Part shown: positions 37,616 to 44,923 of the stretch, piece after piece | Numbering within the stretch: position 1 is the stretch's first letter | How the letters are laid out: every line of letters starts with the position of its first letter | From: Bacteroidales bacterium | GTDB taxonomy: Bacteria > Bacteroidota > Bacteroidia > Bacteroidales > Bacteroidaceae | Length of the DNA: 44,923 nt | Assembly (NCBI GenBank): GCA_030523615.1 | Contig: JAUNIC010000001.1 | Coordinates: forward strand, 1 to 44,923 | Reading direction: 5' to 3' | Position numbers and translations under genes: made by a program | The notes under the pieces: model-generated | Database searches by the model: none | Told to the model about the DNA's origin: nothing | The model's input: the letters and a program-made list of their open reading frames with translations, nothing else

Positions 37616-37849
37616 TAAAACAGAAATATCCTGGCTTCGCCGAAAGTCCATGAAGAGAGGGAAGGCGTACTATATAAACTTTTCCCAACTTAATGTCAGA
37701 AGCGTAGGAAGTAGAAGAATCGAAACGCTCGAGCTCTGCTCGCTTGCTACTGCAAGCGCTCGGCATCTCCGGAGGAGTGACGCTTGCCTTAGCAAGAACT
37801 TTCCTCTCTTCCTCCACTTTCGCGAAGCAGGAAATAATTATCTGTTTTA
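37616..37849. other. Fold-back element with ~50-bp imperfect terminal inverted repeats (ncRNA or MITE candidate)
   Basis: Arms at 37616-37665 and 37798-37849 are complementary, with several internal hairpins. Confidence 0.65.
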
Positions 37850-38174
37850 CCTATTCATTTGGTAACTATATACATTGTGGCTCCAAAATGGGGATAGAAC
37901 AAAAATTTCCCCAAATTGCCCAAAATTTATTTCCAAAATTAAAATATTAAAATTTTTGGAGTCAAATTTTGGGTAATCGTGAATAATTTTTGTTCCCACT
38001 AAATACTAATGGACTATTGGTGCCATATTTATATATAAGTGCCATTCATTTTTCGGAAGACCCCCAAATCTGCACTAAAAAATCGTACGGAAAATCTTGA
38101 CGAAAATCTACTTATCCACTTTGCACCCAAAACAATAAATGAGATGAAATATAATCAAAAACAAAAGAACTTAA

Positions 38175-41100
38175 ATGACTGACAATCTAACCAATGACAC
38201 TCAGACCATGGAGGAAAAGAAGGGCTTCGTCCACCTCCATGTACATACATATTATTCGCTGCTGGACGGGCAGAGTCCGATCGCTCGTCTGGTGGATAAA
38301 GCTGTGGCCGACGGTATGCCGGGCATGGCGATCACTGATCATGGCAACATGTTCGGTGTGAAGGACCTTTTTGACTATTGTAACAAGGTCAATAAGGGTC
38401 GTAAGAAGGAGGGACTCGCTCCGTTTAAACCTATCTTTGGTTGCGAGATGTATGTGGCACGCCGTTCGAAGGAATTGAAGGATGCCAACGCTGGCGACCG
38501 CGGCGGTTGGCACTTGATTGTGCTGGCGAAGAACGAGAAGGGCTACCGTAACCTGATCAAGCTGGTGAGTCGTTCGTGGGTGGATGGTTACTATGGCCGT
38601 CCGCGTACGGATCATGCCGACCTGGAACAGTTCCACGAGGGATTGATTGTGTGTTCGGCGTGTATCGCCGGTGAGGTTCCGGCGAAGATTCTGCAGGGTG
38701 ATATCGAGGGTGCTCGAAAGGCCATCGAATGGCACAAGAATCTTTGGGGCGACGATTACTACCTGGAACTTCAGCGCCACGAGGTGAAGGATCCCGGGCA
38801 GCGCGCGAACCGCGAGACGTTTCCGCTGCAGGAACAGGCGAATAAAGTGCTTATAGAATTGGCTCGCGAGTATGGCGTGAAACTCATTTGCTCCAACGAC
38901 TCCCACTTCGTCGATGAAGAGAATGCGGAGGCGCACGATCATCTGCTGTGTCTGGCCACGGGCAAGGACCTTGATGATCCGACGCGTATGCTGTATTCGA
39001 AGCAGGAGTGGTTTAAGACGACAGCGGAGATGCAGGAGGTGTTCAGCGATGTGCCTGAGGCGTTGGCGAATACGCTGGAGGTGCTCGATAAGGTGGAGAC
39101 CTACAACATCGAGTCCGACCCCATTATGCCCTTCTTCCCCATCCCCGAGGATTACGGTACGGAGGAGGAATGGCGCAAGAGATTCACGGAAGATGATCTC
39201 TATAAGGAGTTTACGAGTGACGAAAACTTCGCTAACCAGCTTCCAGAAGAGGATGGTAAGGCGAAAATCAAGAAACTCGGCGGTTTCGATAAGCTGTACC
39301 GCATCAAGTTTGAGGCCGACTATCTGGGCAAACTCGCCTATGAAGGTGCTTCGCGTCTGTATGGCAGTGGCTATAGTATAGTAGAAGGTCCGCTGCAGCC
39401 CCTTGAATTGTCGGAATGGGCGAAGGCCCACGAGATAGCGAAGGAGGTGGACGACCGTATCCGCTTCGAATTGCACATCATGAAGACGATGGGTTTCCCG
39501 GGCTACTTCCTGATTGTGCAGGACTTCATCAATTCGGCTCGTAAGGAGTTGGATGTGTGGGTGGGTCCCGGACGTGGTTCGGCTGCCGGTAGCGTGGTGG
39601 CCTATTGCCTGGGCATCACGAAGATTGACCCGCTGAAGTATGACTTGCTGTTCGAGCGTTTCTTGAATCCCGACCGTATCTCTCTGCCCGATATTGATAC
39701 CGACTTCGACGATGACGGCCGCGGCCGCGTGCTGCAGTGGGTAATGGATAAGTATGGTCACGAGAACTGTGCGCACATTATTACATACGGTACGATGGCG
39801 ACGAAGAATTCGCTGAAGGATGTGGCGCGTGTGGAGAAGTTGCCGCTGGATCGCAGCAATGCGCTGTGTAAGGCGATTCCCGACCGTCTGACGGACGAGA
39901 AGGGTAATCAGGTGAAGATGAATCTGAAGAATGCGCTGCGGTATGTCCGTGAGTTGCAGGATGCGGAGGCGAGCAGCGATCCCCGCGAGCGCAACACGAT
40001 AAAATATGCCCGTATGCTTGAGGGAACGGTGCGCAACACTGGTATCCATGCTTGCGGCTTCATCATCTGTCGTGACCCGATCAGCGACCATGTGCCGGTG
40101 TCGACGGCCGATGACCCTGACTTCCCGAACATCAAGACCGCTGTAACGCAGTATGATGGTCACGTGATTGAGTCGACGGGTCTGATCAAGATGGACTTCC
40201 TCGGTCTTAAGACACTGTCGGAGCAGAAGGAGGCGTGCAAGAATGTGAAGTTGACGCGCGGCATCGACATTGATCTGGACAACATTCCGATCGATGACGA
40301 ATTGACGTATCAGCTCTATCAGCGTGGACAGACGATCGGCACGTTCCAGTTTGAGTCGGCCGGTATGCAGAAGTATCTGCGCGAGCTCCATCCGACGGTG
40401 TTCGAGGATTTGATTGCGATGAATGCGCTGTATCGTCCGGGTCCTATGGATTACATTCCTTCGTTCATTGCCCGTAAGAATGGCCGCGAGCCGATTACGT
40501 ACGACATTGACTGCATGGAGAAGTATCTGAAGGATACGTACGGCATTACGGTGTATCAGGAGCAGGTGATGTTGCTCTCGCGTCAGTTGGCCAATTTTAC
40601 CCGTGGCGAGAGCGATGCTCTGCGTAAGGCGATGGGTAAGAAGAAGAAGGACATCGTCGATGCGATGAAGCCGAAGTTTATCGAAGGCGGCAAGGCGAAT
40701 GGTCACGACCCGAAGGTGCTCGAAAAGATTTGGGCCGACTGGGAGAAGTTTGCTTCGTATGCGTTCAACAAGTCGCACGCTGCGTGCTACTCGTGGGTGG
40801 CTTATCAGACTGCGTATCTCAAGGCGCACTATCCCGCAGAATTCATGGCTGCGCTCCTGACTCGCCGAAGCAGCGACATCAAGGAAATCACGAAACTGAT
40901 GGAGGAGTGTAAGGACATGGGCATCAACACGCTGGGGCCCGATGTCAACGAGTCGTATCTGCACTTCTCGGCGAACAAGGAAGGCCACATCCGCTTCGGT
41001 CTGGCCGGTATCAAGGGCGTGGGTGAAGGCGCTGTGCAGAGCATCATCGACGAGCGCAACGAAAATGGCCCTTACACGGATGTCTACAATTTCGTGGAAC

Positions 41101-42068
41101 GTGTGAACCTGAATGCTTGCAATCGCAAGAATCTCGAGTGTCTGATCATTGCGGGTGCTTTCGACTTGTTCGACATTCCCCGCGAGCAGTACTTTGGTGT
41201 TACGGGTCCTAATCAGACTTTCCTCGATACGCTTGTGCAGTATGGCCAGCGTTACCAGATGGAGCGCAACGAGAATTCGATGTCGCTCTTTGGTGGTTTC
41301 GATGATGTGGAAATCCAGAAGCCGAAGCTTCCCGAGAACTACGAGGAGTGGTCGGACCTGGAACGCTTGAACCGTGAGCGTGACCTTGTGTCGATCTATC
41401 TTTCGGGCCATCCTCTCGATAGTTATGCAGTGATCCTGAAGCACATCTGCAATATGCGTTGTCCGGAACTGAATGACTACTCGAAGCGCATGAATTCCAA
41501 CGTCACATTTGGCGGTATTGTTACGGCGTGTGAGACGCGCTTTACGAAGACCGGCAAACCGTTCGGCAAGGTGAAGATAGAAGATTTCGAGGGTTCGGGC
41601 GAATTGGTGATGTTCGGCGATACGTGGACTCGATTCTCTAACCATTTCATCGTGAACAGCAGCCTGCTCATCACGGCCTCCATACAGCCGCATCGCTATT
41701 ATCCGGATCGTGCCGACCTCGTGGTGACAAACGTGGAGGATCTCGGCGATGCCCGCGATAAGAAGATCAAACGAATCACCATCTCGTGCAATCTCAATTC
41801 CATCAGCGACGATACGATCACGAGCCTCTTGGAACTGACCAAAAGCAAGAAGCAGACAAAGGTTCCTGCTGGCGTTGCAAATGGGGAATACCCGATGTAC
41901 GACCAGCCCGGCGACTCTGCCAACGTCGAATTGAAATTCAGTATCTTCGACAGCAATAACGGGTCTCGTATTATGCTTGGGTCACGCACTTACCGCATTA
42001 TGGTTTCAAAGGATCTGCTTGACTATTTAGAATCTAATCCCGAACTTGAATACAGTATAAATGGCTGA
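38175..42068 (+). CDS. dnaE: DNA polymerase III alpha subunit
   Basis: PHP domain (HLHVH), GPGRGSAAGS, PDIDTD, KMDFLGL, YAFNKSHA and an OB domain; no intein. Confidence 0.98.
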   Translation: MTDNLTNDTQTMEEKKGFVHLHVHTYYSLLDGQSPIARLVDKAVADGMPGMAITDHGNMFGVKDLFDYCNKVNKGRKKEGLAPFKPIFGCEMYVARRSKELKDANAGDRGGWHLIVLAKNEKGYRNLIKLVSRSWVDGYYGRPRTDHADLEQFHEGLIVCSACIAGEVPAKILQGDIEGARKAIEWHKNLWGDDYYLELQRHEVKDPGQRANRETFPLQEQANKVLIELAREYGVKLICSNDSHFVDEENAEAHDHLLCLATGKDLDDPTRMLYSKQEWFKTTAEMQEVFSDVPEALANTLEVLDKVETYNIESDPIMPFFPIPEDYGTEEEWRKRFTEDDLYKEFTSDENFANQLPEEDGKAKIKKLGGFDKLYRIKFEADYLGKLAYEGASRLYGSGYSIVEGPLQPLELSEWAKAHEIAKEVDDRIRFELHIMKTMGFPGYFLIVQDFINSARKELDVWVGPGRGSAAGSVVAYCLGITKIDPLKYDLLFERFLNPDRISLPDIDTDFDDDGRGRVLQWVMDKYGHENCAHIITYGTMATKNSLKDVARVEKLPLDRSNALCKAIPDRLTDEKGNQVKMNLKNALRYVRELQDAEASSDPRERNTIKYARMLEGTVRNTGIHACGFIICRDPISDHVPVSTADDPDFPNIKTAVTQYDGHVIESTGLIKMDFLGLKTLSEQKEACKNVKLTRGIDIDLDNIPIDDELTYQLYQRGQTIGTFQFESAGMQKYLRELHPTVFEDLIAMNALYRPGPMDYIPSFIARKNGREPITYDIDCMEKYLKDTYGITVYQEQVMLLSRQLANFTRGESDALRKAMGKKKKDIVDAMKPKFIEGGKANGHDPKVLEKIWADWEKFASYAFNKSHAACYSWVAYQTAYLKAHYPAEFMAALLTRRSSDIKEITKLMEECKDMGINTLGPDVNESYLHFSANKEGHIRFGLAGIKGVGEGAVQSIIDERNENGPYTDVYNFVERVNLNACNRKNLECLIIAGAFDLFDIPREQYFGVTGPNQTFLDTLVQYGQRYQMERNENSMSLFGGFDDVEIQKPKLPENYEEWSDLERLNRERDLVSIYLSGHPLDSYAVILKHICNMRCPELNDYSKRMNSNVTFGGIVTACETRFTKTGKPFGKVKIEDFEGSGELVMFGDTWTRFSNHFIVNSSLLITASIQPHRYYPDRADLVVTNVEDLGDARDKKIKRITISCNLNSISDDTITSLLELTKSKKQTKVPAGVANGEYPMYDQPGDSANVELKFSIFDSNNGSRIMLGSRTYRIMVSKDLLDYLESNPELEYSING

Positions 42069-42912
42069 AATCAGTGTGCTGATCTGCACGCTCAACGATC
42101 GCATAATGCATGTGCCTCGCATTCTTCTTCCGGAGTGCGACGCAGTGCATTATGTCGTATCTTTTCAGTATACGAACGACATGTTTCTGGACATGGTGCC
42201 CGAAGAATTGCGTAGACGCAAGGACGTCACGCTGCTCTCGCTCACCGAATCGGGATTGTGTCTGAACCGCAACAATGCGTTGCGAGCATGTCCTACGCCG
42301 TATGCCGTCATTGCCGACGACGATACGCTCTATACCACGAATTTGCTGCATGAGATCATCGGCGAATTTCGTCGAGATGAGTCGCTTGATATCATCACTT
42401 TTGGCGACAATCGTCTCGCATTCCGTATTTCGATCCGCACGCCGCAGTTCGACACTCGGTTTGGACTCGGTTCTGAGTATCTTTCGTGTGGTGAGGAAGA
42501 AGTGATTCTTCACCAAGCACGGGTGCATGGCATGACGGTGGAATGTAGAGAGTTCGATGATTATCATAACGATCGCTCGCCCTGGGATTTAATGGCGTAC
42601 GACAAACGTACGCGTCGCAGCTGGGGGGCTTTGCAGTATATGAAAAGCACAGCAACAGGAGCTTTTTTTCGAATTCTCCTCAAGAGTTTTACGCTCAAAA
42701 CGACACGCAAGTCGCCCTTGGGCGAAGTTTCTGAAACTGATGCAAATCATCGTATTCATATAGAATTTTGGACAAACATCCAAATGCGCTGGCGTTACTT
42801 CCGCGATATGCTCGACGGACTCCGCTACATCATTTCACATCCTCTCAACGAGTCGGTAGCCGAAGACATTCCTCTCGACTTTCAACCCATCGACATTTGG
42901 CGAATACCTTAA
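42061..42912 (+). CDS. Glycosyltransferase family 2 (GT-A)
   Basis: ISVLICT, GL..NRN, IADDD, FDTRFGLG and GEE motifs; 8-nt overlap with dnaE. Confidence 0.8.
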   Translation: MAEISVLICTLNDRIMHVPRILLPECDAVHYVVSFQYTNDMFLDMVPEELRRRKDVTLLSLTESGLCLNRNNALRACPTPYAVIADDDTLYTTNLLHEIIGEFRRDESLDIITFGDNRLAFRISIRTPQFDTRFGLGSEYLSCGEEEVILHQARVHGMTVECREFDDYHNDRSPWDLMAYDKRTRRSWGALQYMKSTATGAFFRILLKSFTLKTTRKSPLGEVSETDANHRIHIEFWTNIQMRWRYFRDMLDGLRYIISHPLNESVAEDIPLDFQPIDIWRIP

Positions 42913-42938
42913 AGAAATTATCCAATTCAAAACTATTT

Positions 42939-44879
42939 ATGCACTTAAACAAATCGACGAAACTATTTTGCCTGCTTGCGATTGTTGGCGCCCCCGCTGC
43001 AAACGCTAACCCTTGCATGGATTTCATGGCTCAAAACGATACGACCATTGTCCATCAGTTGGACGACGCTGTGGTGACCGCCACACGTACGGCAACGACG
43101 GCGCAAAACGTGGCCTTCACGGTGAGTGTCGTGGATCGGGCCACGCTTACATCGCAGCAGCGCATCAATATACTTCCTACGCTCTCGGAGCATGTGCCGG
43201 GCCTCTTCCTCACCCAGCGCGGCATGATGGGATATGGTGTCAGCAACGGAGCTGCGGGCGGAATGACGCTCCGCGGACTCTCCTCCAGCAGCGGCCAATT
43301 GCTCGTGCTCATCGACGGACATCCGCAGTACCAAGGCATATATGGCCATAGCATCGCCGATTCGTATCAGACCATGATGGCCGAACGCGTTGAAGTGCTT
43401 CGTGGTCCTGCCTCTGTGCTCTACGGCAGCAATGCCATGGGAGGCGTCATTAATATTATTACGCGCGCGAGCAGGGACGAAGGTGCGCATCCCTATGTGC
43501 ATCTTGGAGGCGGCAGCTATGGCACTGCTCAGGCTGAAGCCGGAACGACTTACCGCTCCGGTCGTTTCACCGCCAACGTGGCAGGCCAATATGCCCGCAC
43601 AGACAATCATCGCCCGCGCATGGGCTTCGACCAATACGGTGGCAATATGGGCCTCGGGTATCGTGTGAATGACCATTGGAACCTTTTTGCCCATGCCGAC
43701 GTTACTCATTTCGACGCTTCTTACCCCGGAACGACGGGCGCTCCGATGTATGAGGCCGACCAATGGATCACCCGTGGAGCTGTCAGCCTCGGTGCTGACT
43801 TCGACTACGCAAATCATCGCGGCCGCATCTCGGTCTACGATAATTTCGGTCGCCACAAGATCAACGATGGATATGCTGAGGGCGGTACTCCGCAAAAGCG
43901 ATTCTTCCGTTCTTCGGACGCCCTCCTCGGTTTCAGCGCTTACGACCAGCTTCGCCTTTGGACGGGCGGTTCAATGACGCTCGGCATTGACTATCAGAAC
44001 ATCTACGGCCATGCCTACTACACCAATCGCGAGACTGGCGAGGTGATGGATGCTCCCAACAAGCAGAGCGCAGAGAAACGCATGAACGAAGTGGCGGGCT
44101 ATGCCGATTTCCGTCAGAATCTGCTCTCTTGGTGCGACCTCGACGTCGGTGTGCGCTATGATTACCACGACGTCGCGGGTGGCGAATGGATTCCGCAGTT
44201 CGGCGTGGTCACGCATCCTGTTGAAGATGGGCAGTTCCGTGCCACGGTGAGCAAAGGATTCCGCAATCCTACGCTCCGCGAAATGTATCTCTATCCTCCT
44301 TCGACCGAAGATCTCTTGCCCGAACGCATCTGGAACTACGAACTTGCTTGGCGACACAGCCTCTACGGTTCTGGTATTGTCTACGGCGTCAATCTGTTCC
44401 TCCTCAAGGGTGACAACATGATTCAAACGGCCACTGTGCAGCTCCCCGACGGAACTTCTAAGAAGCAGAATGTCAATACGGGAGCCATTGCCAACAAGGG
44501 CGTGGAAGCTGAATTTGAGTGGACCATCAACCGGCATTGGAACGTCACGACCAACCACTCCTACCTCTACATGGAGCACCACATTCTCGCCGCTCCGCAG
44601 TATAAGGGCTACCTCGGTGCAAATATGCACTACGGCAAGTGGAGCGCCAACGCTGGACTGCAGCAAGTCTGTGGACTCTTCACCGCTGTCGGGGCGGCTG
44701 ACGGCAACGATCCCACCTCCACCTTCACGCTCCTCAATGCCGGAGTGAGCTACCGCGTCCTTCCCTGGCTCACACTTTGGGCAAAAGGCGACAACCTCCT
44801 CGGTCAGTTCTACGAGATCAATGCTGGTTACCCCATGCCCGGCGCCACCTTCATGGGAGGCGTGAACATCAGATTCTAA
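42939..44879 (+). CDS. TonB-dependent receptor (BtuB/CirA size class)
   Basis: VVTATR, LIDG, ERVEVLRGPASVLYGSNAMGGVINIIT, GFRNP and a C-terminal Phe. Confidence 0.92.
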   Translation: MHLNKSTKLFCLLAIVGAPAANANPCMDFMAQNDTTIVHQLDDAVVTATRTATTAQNVAFTVSVVDRATLTSQQRINILPTLSEHVPGLFLTQRGMMGYGVSNGAAGGMTLRGLSSSSGQLLVLIDGHPQYQGIYGHSIADSYQTMMAERVEVLRGPASVLYGSNAMGGVINIITRASRDEGAHPYVHLGGGSYGTAQAEAGTTYRSGRFTANVAGQYARTDNHRPRMGFDQYGGNMGLGYRVNDHWNLFAHADVTHFDASYPGTTGAPMYEADQWITRGAVSLGADFDYANHRGRISVYDNFGRHKINDGYAEGGTPQKRFFRSSDALLGFSAYDQLRLWTGGSMTLGIDYQNIYGHAYYTNRETGEVMDAPNKQSAEKRMNEVAGYADFRQNLLSWCDLDVGVRYDYHDVAGGEWIPQFGVVTHPVEDGQFRATVSKGFRNPTLREMYLYPPSTEDLLPERIWNYELAWRHSLYGSGIVYGVNLFLLKGDNMIQTATVQLPDGTSKKQNVNTGAIANKGVEAEFEWTINRHWNVTTNHSYLYMEHHILAAPQYKGYLGANMHYGKWSANAGLQQVCGLFTAVGAADGNDPTSTFTLLNAGVSYRVLPWLTLWAKGDNLLGQFYEINAGYPMPGATFMGGVNIRF

Positions 44880-44882
44880 ATT

Positions 44883-44923
44883 CTCTTCCCTCATTCCTCT
44901 TCCCTCATCCCTTTTACCTCTTA
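44883..44923. repeat. Heptamer short tandem repeat running off the window end
   Basis: CTCTTCC CTCATTC CTCTTCC CTCATCC CTTTTAC CTCTTA. Confidence 0.8.

Noticed and set aside
37616-37849. Retron msr-msd, DGR or type I toxin mRNA
   Set aside because: There is no reverse transcriptase in the window, no template/variable repeat pair and no convincing short hydrophobic toxin ORF.
37566-38174. Replication origin (oriC)
   Set aside because: Only one near-consensus DnaA box is present, and the compositional switch appears about 2 kb upstream of this gap.
38187-41693. 1168-aa ORF antisense to dnaE
   Set aside because: It is a codon-register shadow of dnaE, explained by scarce TTA/CTA/TCA codons, and has no protein motifs. 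The same applies to the long antisense ORFs over dcp, the porin, mltF, xseA and the TonB-dependent receptor.
42913-42938. Cobalamin riboswitch before the BtuB-sized receptor
   Set aside because: The spacer is 26 nt with no B12 box, so the substrate is left unassigned.

Overview
This is an ordinary chromosomal region from a Bacteroidales bacterium, probably Prevotellaceae-like. That assignment rests on TTTG-N20-TAnnTTTG promoters, a T9SS-type C-terminal domain and the gene content. About 32 CDSs are supported. On the minus strand: trmB, xseB, xseA, an S8 protease, mtnN, a PstS-like lipoprotein, tonB, exbD x2, exbB, and an ECF sigma factor. On the plus strand: an IscU-like/GGGtGRT pair, two hypotheticals, folC, M1 and M28 peptidases, DUF3108, an unannotated 52-aa sORF, purT, gyrA, two TPR proteins, dcp, dCMP deaminase, an S41 protease, 5-FTHF cyclo-ligase, an MltF-like protein, dapA, a putative porin, dnaE, a GT2 and a TonB-dependent receptor. 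I see no CRISPR, tRNA/rRNA, integrase, transposase, reverse transcriptase or defence genes. The most unusual signals are non-coding: a ~234-nt fold-back element upstream of dnaE, five mini-hairpins followed by A-tracts phased at 10.5 bp before dapA, a 28-nt purine-pyrimidine alternation at the gyrA start, a multi-stem RNA candidate after GGGtGRT, and palindromic and heptamer repeats at the two window ends. All protein calls come from motif recognition without database searches. No new system can be claimed with confidence.
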